From an uncultured Leptospirales bacterium (lineage in GTDB: Bacteria > Spirochaetota > UBA4802 > UBA5550): a DNA stretch of 50,168 nucleotides. The stretch is taken from contig CAZEPS010000003.1 in NCBI GenBank assembly GCA_964514165.1, positions 1 to 50,168 on the forward strand, read 5' to 3'. Positions 8,029 through 17,354 of this stretch are shown here, piece by piece; position 1 is the stretch's first letter, and every line of letters begins with the position of its first letter. The notes under the pieces were generated by a model. It was not told the origin of the DNA. It worked only from the letters and a program-made list of their open reading frames with translations, and searched no databases. The position numbers and the translations under genes are program-made.

Positions 8029-11000
8029 TCAAAAAAGGAGTGAGAAATTCAGTCCCACCTCGTAGGAGAAAATCTCCCTGCTCACATTCCAGCTCTCCCT
8101 GTTGCGGAACTGCTCAAGGCTCAACCGTGAATGAAAACCTCCCCTGACATTTTTATGCAGGTCCATGTCAAGTTTCACGGTAAAAAGATGCTGATCATAG
8201 GGTTCAGGCTCAGTTGTTAATTCGTATGACGCCCGGTTTATCTCCATGGCGTACTCGAAGAAGAATATCGGATATGCCACAAGCTTGTACAGTTTCGAAA
8301 ACAGATCAAAAAGCCACTTCACTTCGGTCTCGTAGGCGAGTTTAAAATTATAACCGATGTCGTCCTGGCGGTATATGGTAAACTGGGGCATGTTCTCTAT
8401 GTAGATATGGTCTTTCGTCGACCTCGTGAAAGAATTAAACGGAATATAGGGCTTGAATCTTTTCTGCTTCAGATCCACGCCGAATTTCATGCCCAGGTTG
8501 GCCCTCCCCCATTTAAAGGTAAAGCTCAGCTGGGGGAGGTGTGAATCCTCCTCGATGTTCGAGGTAATAATCATACTCCTGTTGAACCGGTAGCCGAGAT
8601 TCAGGAACGCGGAACGGTGTTTTTCCTTTGTCTCACCGGGAAGACTCTTCCTGTCAGGGGAAACCTTCACCGGGGTATAAGGATCTATTCCAAAGAGCTT
8701 CATCATTTCCATGTTGACGTCCACCTGGAAGTAACCGGTTATTATCTGCTGGGGCACGCCCCACAGGTTCATCCGTTCGCAAACCTGGTTCAGTCCCCCG
8801 TTGATGTTGATCGAGGCCTTGAAGAGATCCACGGTCATATTGGATGAAAAATCATCAACGATCCTGAGCTGGTTGGAATACTCGCTCACGGTCTCACCGT
8901 TGGCAAAATAAATCGGCCGGTTTAATTTGTGAAATACATAGTCCCGGGCATTGGCGAAATTTTTTCTCCCCCCATAGAAATAGAATGGATAATAGTTAAA
9001 AAGATTCAGCCCGGCGTCAGTAAGGCCCTTGAGTGAGCGGCCGGGGCCGAACTGTTCGTCGAAGAAATCCTCCTGCTCCCCTTCAAAGGGAACGTTCTTT
9101 TCAATCAGGTTCAGGGAGCGCTTATAGATTATGTTGAAACTCTTAATGTCCTCAAGGATACTGATCTTATCCATATTAAACGGAATTGATATCTCGGTGG
9201 AAACCTCGCTTCTGACGTCCCGGGACCTCTGAAATTCATAAAACGGGACTTCACTGATTTCATAGTCCCTGAATCCACCTTCGTTGTATTGAATTTCTAT
9301 CCGGTATTCCGGGCTTACAAGGAACCTCCTCTCAATGCCGATGGCCGCCGTCAGCCGCTTGTCCCTGGATACATACTTGCAGTCCTTGTTGTACACAAAG
9401 GGGAAATGGTAGTCCCCGTTTACAGAGTATTTCACTTCAGTCTGGTTCAGTTCGCTCTTGCCGTACATCCGGACTATTTCCTCTGATTCTATTCTCATTG
9501 TGGGATTAAAATAGAAGAACCTGTTTCCGTAATTAAGGTCAATACTGAGCTGGGATTTCTGCCTCTTGTCCCGTTCTTTCAGGGAGGTCAGGGACGAAAG
9601 TGTGTTTAAATCCACCAGCCCGGTAAACCGCTGGATTGTTTCATCCTTGAAATAGAGGTTCAGGTCGATGTTAAGGTCGAGTTCTCCCCACATAAACCTG
9701 TCGATCCGCTCCCTCACGTTAAAGAGGGGAGAATGTGCGGTATTTCTGGTGTATCTCTTCAGGGCAACGGTGCTTATACGCTCATCAAGATCATTATCGT
9801 AGTAATCATATTTATAGGCGATTTTCAGGCTCGGTACTCCGTTGATGTTCGAGTCGTAATCAGACACGAGATACACGATGTCCCTGAGTGTTGCGCCCCG
9901 TTTCGTGTCAATTACATCCTCGTTAAGGCTGTCCGTCTCAGATTCCTCTCTGGTGAAATCTACAAAGGTCGTCCAGTTCGGCAATATGGACATCGACGAG
10001 AAAACCTGTTTGTAATTCTCGGCTATATCGGAATTCGTTTTGCCCACCGATTCGAAACTGGCGCCGTGTCCCTTCTGCACGTACTTTATACTGATGTCGC
10101 TCAGTACCGGAACCCCGGATTTTGTCCTGAAAAGGGGTTTCGTGATGGATATCTCTCCCTCGTACCAGTGGGCCTGGTCGCTCACGACCTCCGCCTCTGA
10201 CAGGTAGATATCGTTGAGCCATATCCTTCCGCTCCGGCCCGGGGCATAGATACGTATCTCCATGAAATTTATCCGCTTGAGATCCGGTTGCCCGGTTATG
10301 GAACTCGGAAATGCTTCTCCCCGGGAGCTCTGCTTCAGCCTGAGCTTGACCTCCCTCCAGAAGCGGTTCAGGTCCATGGGAAATCGAAATTCGACATAGT
10401 CATTGTCAGATGATCCGATTATGAAACAGACGGTATCCCCGGGGGTGAAGTTCCTGTAGTTCATCCAGAGGTTGAGGGTCTTGTAATACCGCATATCAAT
10501 CGGCCGTGAGAACCGTCTCGTGGCGGAAACGTAGCTCCCTCCGGCGAGATCATAGGTAATCTCCAGGGCGGTCTCCTTTTCCAAGAGAAGGTCGCTGTCG
10601 CTTTTGTCTCCGTACAGTGACTTGTAGAGATCCTTCTGAAAAAAGTGAAAGGGCTCTCGGCTGTACTCGTCATCGCTCAGGCTGTCAATAAGGGCGACCT
10701 GCATCTCGCCGGGGGCCGCGGTACTGCCGTCAATCTCGAGCTCCTTCCACTTTGAAGAGACAAACCGTATCTCGTCGATGTACATCCTGCCGCTGACGCC
10801 GGCTGATTTGACCAGGTAAAGCCTGACAGCTTCCACCTGCTTCAGGAGATCTACCTCGGATCTGGTAATCGCCGAACGGTCAATGTAGATTCTCTTCTTT
10901 TTCCAGCGCACGTCGTTGCCGGGAATGGTCCTCGAGGTGTCGGGAACGGTATAAACATTATCAATGGTGTCGAGGACCCCGTTCCGGTTTATGTCCTCGG

Positions 11001-13710
11001 TATCAAGGATCCCGTTCCCCCTGGTGAGGGCGTTGATGCTCGCCCCTCCGCCGACGCGGGTCACGTTAAAGGGATCGTTGAATTCAAAACCGACGTCCTC
11101 CGAGTACCCCGACACCGGGTCCCGGTCCAGGACATTGTTCCTGTTAACATCTTCCGTATCGAACACGCCGTCACCGTCACCGTCCTCGTTAACCGATCCG
11201 AGATCGATATAGAGATCCACGTCGTTAGTTCCATCATAGAGATACGAGATTTCTACATACTGCAGTTCGGAAAAATCAACGGCGCTGTCTGAAAGCTGAC
11301 GGGTGACGATGCTGGCATAGTCCCCATCCCCGTCAAAATCCAAAACCAGGGACCTCTGGTTTTGCGGCGAATGCCCGTACGCCACGTTAAAGGGCCCCGG
11401 TTTGACCCGGTAGGGAATCTTGGAAGCAGGGTAGAGCAGGTTCTGCAGAACCCCGCCGGTTGCCGAGTCCCGGTAGTAGTAATAGTTCAGTATCGATCTC
11501 CTGGTGAGTGGAACCGACGTTGGTTCAGATGAAAGCATCCAGTCGTTTTCACCGAGAGAGATGAACACGGTCTCGTCAGAGGCTTCCATATTGTCGAGAA
11601 GGGCCTTGCCGAAGGTATTGATGTTTTTATAACTCCTGGCGTACTCGGCATATCCCCGTATGTCTACCGGAACGTTTCTTATGGTGCGGGAAGAGAGGCG
11701 GTTCAACACCCTGGCGAGAAATTCCCCGTCAAGATTAAGTTTCGTGTCCCCTTCAACAAGGATTGTCTGTGTCGGTTCGACCCCGGGGTCAGGTATGGTC
11801 TCTGAACTCGCCGACCTGGCGTACAGAAGGCTGCTCCCGAAATTTATCGTGTCGTTGATATTGTAATCCGCCCTGAGCCCCCCCACGAATGAACGGGACT
11901 GGGCCCCGAAGGGAATATACTCATACCGAACCTCGATGACCGTATCCGGGCCAATAAGGGGATTACTCGGGTTCTGGAAGGTGAGAAATCCGGCGGTATA
12001 ATCAATAGTATAGAGGTTCTCCGAAATCTCCCGCTCATTTATCTTGATTCTCACGCTGTCCGGTATGATGTTGAAGTTCCCGAGCTTGAAAGACCGGGAC
12101 TCCCGGTAATAGTCAACCATGATCCTGAACCGGGAATACTGGTAAACAGACTGGGTCTGGTTCTCGGCATATATCCGCTCGGCCGTAGCCGGATCAAGGA
12201 CAGGTTTGAAGGGCTCCCTGAGATAGAATTCGATAATCCCTGAATAATAGAGCACGGAATACTGACCCAGTCCGAGAATTTCGGATTTCGTCATGATCGC
12301 GTTTTCCCTCATGAACGTTATACTGAGGTTGTCTGATAGAAGATTCCTGTCCCCCACGAAATAATTTGACCGGATTTCATAGACATCCAGGTTGACCTTG
12401 CCGTCTCCGTTCCTGTCAGTCTCGCCCGCGTCAAAGGCGAGATTCCTGACGACCGTGTCCTCGTCCAGGGTATGGCCGTATTTAATGAACACGATATTTT
12501 TTCCGGTAAAGACCCCCCCCGGGTGTACCGGGTCCCCGGGGACGATGACCGAGGGGTCTGACGTGGAACCGGTTACCAGGGTGTAGGCGGCGAAGATCCG
12601 CGCCTTGTCCGGTATGTCGATGAGAAACGTGATAACACCGGTCGTGAAATTAATAGAATAGTCCACCCCTGACTGCAGTTTTGAATAAGTGCCGTTGTCT
12701 ATGCTGAGCCGTACCGTGTCTGTCACGGTTTCAGGATTCTGATCGTCCATGTAGAGTTCAAAACCGTTCGGGTTGACGTTAACCGCAAAGGGGCGGTATG
12801 TCTGTGGATTAGCGGGAGCAGATGTGAACACTACCAGGTTGTACGCCGAAGGGCCGGAGGGCGGCGTTGAAAGATTATCATACCGCTTAAAGGGTTCGAT
12901 CTGGTAGTAGGTTTTCTTCAGGTATTGCGCCTCCAGGAGCTTCACGTTCCCGGGTGAGGTGTTCCCCCGAAACTGTTCCACCACCGTGTCACCACGAGCG
13001 ATGCTTCCAAAGGCCTTTAGCCGGAAATTATTTTTTTTCAGGGTGAGGTCGACCCCGAGCCCCTTTGAGGTCGTGTTGTCATACACAGCGTATTTCGAAT
13101 GGTTGAAGTTTATGTCGATTTCGCCGGCATTCAGTTCCTGGATGACCTCGTCGTCCCTCAGGGCCTTGTACTGTATCCGATACCGGTTGTCCTTCCTCCC
13201 GCTGTCATGGTCTATGAAAACCTTGAGGCGGTCACCCACGGTACCTTCCATGAACAGCTTGAAGTCCTGCTCGCCCCTGAATCCGCTCTTCAGAACCTGG
13301 GAGGCAGCCTCGTCGTCCTCATAGTACCGGTATTGGTCCTTGGTGAAAATTGAATCACCGTACACGACATTGAGGTTATAGTCACCATAGCTGGTTATAT
13401 TGATGTCCCGATTGTAATCATATATCACCCGTACCGCATCATCCTGCTCATAGATTTCATACCGGGGATCAATAATATAACTGCTCCAGTCCCCTTTTTC
13501 ATACTGGATACCTCTTTTCGGCTGTGTAATCAGGGTTTCGGTCTCCGGATCAGTGACCACAACCTTCGTGTATTCCAGTGACGATGATGAATCGATATAA
13601 TCGAGAAGCCTGTTCTTGAAAGATTTCTCTTTAGAGGTAGCAATTGATATAAATAGAAGGGAACCGGCAAAAAGAAAAACTGCAATGCATAGAGGAAGAT
13701 ATTTAAGCAT
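8029..13710 (-). CDS. giant (1893 aa) secreted outer-membrane beta-barrel candidate, SprA-like, with thrombospondin-type-3-like Ca-binding repeats
   Basis: N-terminal signal/anchor (MLKYLPLCIAVFLFAGSLLFISIA). Long stretches of alternating beta-strand-like sequence. The C-terminal residue is Phe (..GLNFSLLF), typical of OM barrels. The N-terminal segment DDEVIQELNAGEIDINF..LKAFGSIARGDTVVEQFRG resembles, from memory, the conserved N-region of T9SS SprA. NEDGDGDGVFDTEDVNRNNVLDRD and GNGILDTEDINRNGVLDTIDN are DxDxDG-type repeats. Confidence 0.5.
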   Translation of the reverse strand: MLKYLPLCIAVFLFAGSLLFISIATSKEKSFKNRLLDYIDSSSSLEYTKVVVTDPETETLITQPKRGIQYEKGDWSSYIIDPRYEIYEQDDAVRVIYDYNRDINITSYGDYNLNVVYGDSIFTKDQYRYYEDDEAASQVLKSGFRGEQDFKLFMEGTVGDRLKVFIDHDSGRKDNRYRIQYKALRDDEVIQELNAGEIDINFNHSKYAVYDNTTSKGLGVDLTLKKNNFRLKAFGSIARGDTVVEQFRGNTSPGNVKLLEAQYLKKTYYQIEPFKRYDNLSTPPSGPSAYNLVVFTSAPANPQTYRPFAVNVNPNGFELYMDDQNPETVTDTVRLSIDNGTYSKLQSGVDYSINFTTGVITFLIDIPDKARIFAAYTLVTGSTSDPSVIVPGDPVHPGGVFTGKNIVFIKYGHTLDEDTVVRNLAFDAGETDRNGDGKVNLDVYEIRSNYFVGDRNLLSDNLSITFMRENAIMTKSEILGLGQYSVLYYSGIIEFYLREPFKPVLDPATAERIYAENQTQSVYQYSRFRIMVDYYRESRSFKLGNFNIIPDSVRIKINEREISENLYTIDYTAGFLTFQNPSNPLIGPDTVIEVRYEYIPFGAQSRSFVGGLRADYNINDTINFGSSLLYARSASSETIPDPGVEPTQTILVEGDTKLNLDGEFLARVLNRLSSRTIRNVPVDIRGYAEYARSYKNINTFGKALLDNMEASDETVFISLGENDWMLSSEPTSVPLTRRSILNYYYYRDSATGGVLQNLLYPASKIPYRVKPGPFNVAYGHSPQNQRSLVLDFDGDGDYASIVTRQLSDSAVDFSELQYVEISYLYDGTNDVDLYIDLGSVNEDGDGDGVFDTEDVNRNNVLDRDPVSGYSEDVGFEFNDPFNVTRVGGGASINALTRGNGILDTEDINRNGVLDTIDNVYTVPDTSRTIPGNDVRWKKKRIYIDRSAITRSEVDLLKQVEAVRLYLVKSAGVSGRMYIDEIRFVSSKWKELEIDGSTAAPGEMQVALIDSLSDDEYSREPFHFFQKDLYKSLYGDKSDSDLLLEKETALEITYDLAGGSYVSATRRFSRPIDMRYYKTLNLWMNYRNFTPGDTVCFIIGSSDNDYVEFRFPMDLNRFWREVKLRLKQSSRGEAFPSSITGQPDLKRINFMEIRIYAPGRSGRIWLNDIYLSEAEVVSDQAHWYEGEISITKPLFRTKSGVPVLSDISIKYVQKGHGASFESVGKTNSDIAENYKQVFSSMSILPNWTTFVDFTREESETDSLNEDVIDTKRGATLRDIVYLVSDYDSNINGVPSLKIAYKYDYYDNDLDERISTVALKRYTRNTAHSPLFNVRERIDRFMWGELDLNIDLNLYFKDETIQRFTGLVDLNTLSSLTSLKERDKRQKSQLSIDLNYGNRFFYFNPTMRIESEEIVRMYGKSELNQTEVKYSVNGDYHFPFVYNKDCKYVSRDKRLTAAIGIERRFLVSPEYRIEIQYNEGGFRDYEISEVPFYEFQRSRDVRSEVSTEISIPFNMDKISILEDIKSFNIIYKRSLNLIEKNVPFEGEQEDFFDEQFGPGRSLKGLTDAGLNLFNYYPFYFYGGRKNFANARDYVFHKLNRPIYFANGETVSEYSNQLRIVDDFSSNMTVDLFKASININGGLNQVCERMNLWGVPQQIITGYFQVDVNMEMMKLFGIDPYTPVKVSPDRKSLPGETKEKHRSAFLNLGYRFNRSMIITSNIEEDSHLPQLSFTFKWGRANLGMKFGVDLKQKRFKPYIPFNSFTRSTKDHIYIENMPQFTIYRQDDIGYNFKLAYETEVKWLFDLFSKLYKLVAYPIFFFEYAMEINRASYELTTEPEPYDQHLFTVKLDMDLHKNVRGGFHSRLSLEQFRNRESWNVSREIFSYEVGLNFSLLF

Positions 13711-13737
13711 TGTGCATGCTACGGATTCTCACTGCCT

Positions 13738-14760
13738 TTACCATATTCTGCTCATATATGGATACGGGTTAATGGGGATGTTTCCGAGCCGGATCTCATA
13801 GTGGCAATGGTTGCCCGTGGCGTTACCGGTCTGTCCGACGTAAGCGATTATTTCACCTTTTTTCACGGTGGTCCCCGCACCCACAGCCACAGAACTGCAG
13901 TGACCGTACACGGAAACGAAGCCGTATTTGTGCCGTATCTGGACCATGTTGCCGTAACCGCCGCTCCATCCCGAGGACTCAACTTCACCCGGAGCAGTTG
14001 CCCGTATCGGAGTACCCGGCGGGGCGGCAATGTCAATACCAGTATGAAAATCTCGGCCGTGTCCAAAGGGTGAACGCCGCCATCCGAAAAGGGACGTAAT
14101 ATGTCCGGGATTCGGTACTATTGAGGGAGTATCCCGGATGACCTTGCTCCGCACATCGATGAAATTTTTAACGGTCTTAACGGTATTCGTAGTCAATACT
14201 ATATCTTTCTGCAATTCCCTGATGGTGAAAATCTCAGCAGGTAGTACATTCCTCATCTTCTTCAGCTCTTTCATATCGGATTCGTCAAAATTTTCCAGGT
14301 CCCAGAGGTCTTCTGAATATTCGGTACCTGAAGCGAGTTCATAGAGTTCTTCAACCTCCGGTTTCATATCGCCAACAAGATCTGAAATATCGTTTGTCAA
14401 TTCCTCAAATCTCAGGAGATGGGAGCGGATATCATTGTATGTCATGAGGAGTCTCCGCTCTTCCCTCTTGACAGCAGTATTACGAATCACCGCATAAGAA
14501 GAGGTAATAATAACCACGAGAAAAAGAAAAATAAAGAAGGAAACCGTGAACTTGGAAATCTGGAAGTTGAAAATCCTCTTTTCATTATGGGGAATGAACA
14601 TGACGGTCATTTTCTCATGACCTTTCTCTAAAAAGCGGTTCCAGGTTTTCGAAAAACGCTTACTGAAAACAAAATAATTTTCAAAAAACCTGAGTTTAAA
14701 CCTGTTGTGATATTGTTTTAATCTGTATTTCATTTTTCCCACCAGCCATCGAGGAGGCAT
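13738..14760 (-). CDS. M23-family metallopeptidase with N-terminal membrane anchor and coiled coil
   Basis: HTGIDIAAPPGTPIRATAPGEV, YGHCSS and GNATGNHCHYEIR are the HxxxD and HxH motifs of M23/LytM peptidases. A TM segment is present (FTVSFFIFLFLVVIITSSYAV). The start is ambiguous (ATG 14760 or ATG 14733). The gene ends 27 nt upstream of the giant gene. Confidence 0.85.
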   Translation of the reverse strand: MPPRWLVGKMKYRLKQYHNRFKLRFFENYFVFSKRFSKTWNRFLEKGHEKMTVMFIPHNEKRIFNFQISKFTVSFFIFLFLVVIITSSYAVIRNTAVKREERRLLMTYNDIRSHLLRFEELTNDISDLVGDMKPEVEELYELASGTEYSEDLWDLENFDESDMKELKKMRNVLPAEIFTIRELQKDIVLTTNTVKTVKNFIDVRSKVIRDTPSIVPNPGHITSLFGWRRSPFGHGRDFHTGIDIAAPPGTPIRATAPGEVESSGWSGGYGNMVQIRHKYGFVSVYGHCSSVAVGAGTTVKKGEIIAYVGQTGNATGNHCHYEIRLGNIPINPYPYMSRIW

Positions 14761-14831
14761 TCTATCCGCACTATTGGCTGTAAATCAAGTATATTTTTCC
14801 TTTCAAGCACTCCAAACAGATACTCCCCTGC

Positions 14832-15668
14832 CTACCTGCCGGTAAACTTCGGTTTCCGTTTTTCCATCATCGCGTTAACCGCTTCCATGAGATCCTCGGA
14901 TGGGACAATATTCGCGCTCATGGAAGCGACATATTTCAGCCCGTCGTCCACGGTTTTTCCGACACCGTAATTCAACACGTCCTTGGAGGCCTGTACCGCA
15001 AGGGGCGAGTTTTCTGCGATTTCCATGGCCATCTTTTCCGCTTCCTTCATCAGGGTGTCGTGATCGTCATAGACTTCGTTCACGAGAAGGATTTCCCTGG
15101 CCCGTTTCGCGTCAAAATACCTGGCGGTATACGCCAGTTCCCGGGCTATCCCCTGGCCGACGATAAGGGGTATCCTCTGTAAAACTCCAACGTCAGCGAC
15201 AAAACCGACCCCGGCTTCACGGAGTGAAAACGAGGCATCGCTTGAACAGAGGCGAATATCGCAGGCGGTCACCATGTCCAGGCCGGCCCCGACACAGTAG
15301 CCGTGTATTGCCGCAATGACCGGTTTTCGGCACTTCTCAATGCAGGTCATGGTGTCCTGTAACTCGTATATTTTCCTGATGAACCGCCATTTCAGGCCGC
15401 CCATTTGTTCCCTGTTCATAATCTCGGGCAGTTCAGATGACATGCCGATGAGATCGATTCCCGCAGAAAAACACTTCCCCCTGCCCGCGATGATTACTGC
15501 CCGGATCTCCTCGTCAGAATCGAGATCATTGAAAATCGGAACAGATTCCTTCCATGCCGGTGGATTCATTGAATTGAGTTTTTCCGGCCTGTTCAGATAT
15601 ACCCAGGCTATGGGAGGTTTTTTCTCAATCTGATAAAATTCATATGCCATTGCAGTGTTCTCCTCCAT
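14832..15668 (-). CDS. enoyl-CoA hydratase/isomerase (crotonase) family protein
   Basis: 278 aa. Crotonase-fold signatures are VIIAGRGKCFSAGIDL and AAIHGYCVGAGLDMVTACDIR. It resembles dienoyl-CoA isomerase-type members. Confidence 0.85.
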   Translation of the reverse strand: MEENTAMAYEFYQIEKKPPIAWVYLNRPEKLNSMNPPAWKESVPIFNDLDSDEEIRAVIIAGRGKCFSAGIDLIGMSSELPEIMNREQMGGLKWRFIRKIYELQDTMTCIEKCRKPVIAAIHGYCVGAGLDMVTACDIRLCSSDASFSLREAGVGFVADVGVLQRIPLIVGQGIARELAYTARYFDAKRAREILLVNEVYDDHDTLMKEAEKMAMEIAENSPLAVQASKDVLNYGVGKTVDDGLKYVASMSANIVPSEDLMEAVNAMMEKRKPKFTGR

Positions 15669-15719
15669 TTAATGAACGAATTCTACAGAAAAGCGTCTGA
15701 CAGGCAATAAAAAAAACAT

Positions 15720-15749
15720 TTATCCACAAAGTTATCAACAGTATCCACA
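15720..15749. promoter_or_regulatory. cluster of three DnaA-box-like 9-mers
   Basis: TTATCCACA (15720-28, perfect consensus), TTATCAACA (15732-40, one mismatch) and GTATCCACA (15741-49, one mismatch). All are in the same orientation within 30 bp, inside the 520-bp AT-rich spacer 15669-16192. Confidence 0.5.
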
Positions 15750-15802
15750 ATATAAAAAAAAATGTACATTAATTTACTAAATTAATTTCCAGACAAACAT
15801 GA

Positions 15803-15849
15803 ATTATGTCTCATAAATGATGTGTTTAGATCACTGTTATGTGACATAA
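15803..15849. promoter_or_regulatory. two palindromic 13-mers (TTATGTCTCATAA and TTATGTGACATAA), candidate operator pair
   Basis: TTATGTCTCATAA lies at 15804-15816 and TTATGTGACATAA at 15837-15849. Each recurs upstream of other genes in this window, at 34003-34014 and at 40788-40800/40722-40734. Confidence 0.45.
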
Positions 15850-16216
15850 AATGCAAATCCTGAAAAAATCAGAAGTTATTTCTATTCCTTTTAAGTATTT
15901 ATCAAAACCAGGTTACAATTTATATAACCATTATTAATTTATTGTTTACTATACATGATGCTATAATTGTTAAATTTTTTTTATTGTTAATAATTATGGG
16001 AACATCTGGTTCTGTACATAATTTAAAAGGGATACAGGCGATTAAAATCAATATATGTGCCCCAAAGGTAACCGCCTGTTTAGTTAATAGAGGTTCCCTT
16101 GTTTTTTGCATGGCTACATACAATAATCTTTGACTTTATTATTTGTGCTTAATAATTTATTTTTGAGGGTAGTCCGGGTGAATCAGTAAAACTTGATCAA
16201 TAGAAGGAGCGGTGGT

Positions 16217-16420
16217 ATGGGATTCTCAGATAACTCTGAAAAATATAAGGTCTATTTTATAGACATTGAGACTTCACGGGTACTTGATGAAATGACAGTT
16301 GAGGCGACCGATGAAAGTGAAGCAGAGTACATTGCAGAAGCCTACTTCAACTATGAACAGTTTGAAGACGTTGATTTTGAATGCGAAGTAAAACTCCTGT
16401 CTGATGCCATCGAGGAATAA
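16217..16420 (+). CDS. small acidic hypothetical protein
   Basis: ATG at 16217 preceded by AAGGAG. The 67-aa product MGFSDNSEKYKVYFIDIE..EAEYIAEAYFNYEQFEDVDFECE is strongly acidic. No recognisable family. Confidence 0.45.
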   Translation: MGFSDNSEKYKVYFIDIETSRVLDEMTVEATDESEAEYIAEAYFNYEQFEDVDFECEVKLLSDAIEE

Positions 16421-16495
16421 TAACCAAGCCAGTTTCCGTCGCGGTTCGGAATCGCCAGAGACGGTACTATTCTAACCATCCGGTATAAAAAACCG

Positions 16496-16945
16496 TTACA
16501 GTTTCGGAATAAACTGCTGGAGGTTTTTCCCGTCAACCTTGTCGCCCCTGATCTTTTCCATCCCATTCAGATCAAAAGCCTTTATAAATTCCTTCAGTTT
16601 TTCCGTATCCTGAAAATCCTTGACCGTATCCTCGGCAAGCAGCCGTATCTCAATCCTGTTATTTACCAGAAGCCATATCCATTTATCTTTAAATATCTTA
16701 GCCGGATACCCGGCAACAGAATCTCGGGAACTTTTATATCCTTCAACGATGGACTGGTTTTCAACCTGGTCAAAAACCTGAAACCAGAGAACGCGCTCCC
16801 TGGTGTCCTCTTTCTGGACATTGGCCTGGAGCCAGTCATAGGTACTGATACTTGCGTATTCCAGATTTGTGAATTTGTCTTTCTTACATGAACCAATTGA
16901 TAATACAATACCAGATATCAGCAACACCGTGAAAAGCTTTTTCAT
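16496..16945 (-). CDS. lipoprotein, unknown function
   Basis: ATG at 16945 preceded by GGAGGAAACC. MKKLFTVLLISGIVLSIGSC is a lipobox-type signal peptide. Confidence 0.6.
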   Translation of the reverse strand: MKKLFTVLLISGIVLSIGSCKKDKFTNLEYASISTYDWLQANVQKEDTRERVLWFQVFDQVENQSIVEGYKSSRDSVAGYPAKIFKDKWIWLLVNNRIEIRLLAEDTVKDFQDTEKLKEFIKAFDLNGMEKIRGDKVDGKNLQQFIPKL

Positions 16946-17354
16946 GGTTTCCTCCTTATCTATATAAAACATACTATACAGATATAATACCAGGAGATCA
17001 AGACATTTTCACATATATGAATCAAGCATGATAAAAAATATCTTGCACTGAACCATACCCTGTATTAGGAAACACTACGAAGTATATGAAACTTCATTTA
17101 CGGGGACTTCTAAAAGCTGCTATTTTGAATTCCCCTTTCACTCACAACATTCAGAGAACCTCGAGTAATTATACATGAGGTTTTCTGCTGGGTACGTATT
17201 ATGTTTGAATCCGGTATTTACCATTCTTGGGAAAATTATGCATACTGGTTTTTGGATGTGCCATTAAGCGATTACTCCGTAAACATAGTAACGGAATCCA
17301 GAAAATGTTTTGCACCATGTTTTACAGTTTGAATTCATACAGGGGAGAGGGACA

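Noticed and set aside
16165-16180. GAGGGTAGTCCGGGTG, resembling the RNase P RNA GAGGAAAGUCCGGGC motif
   Set aside because: The surrounding 300 nt are extremely AT-rich with no P1-P4 type pairings. The match is short and sits in the RBS-proximal leader of a small ORF.
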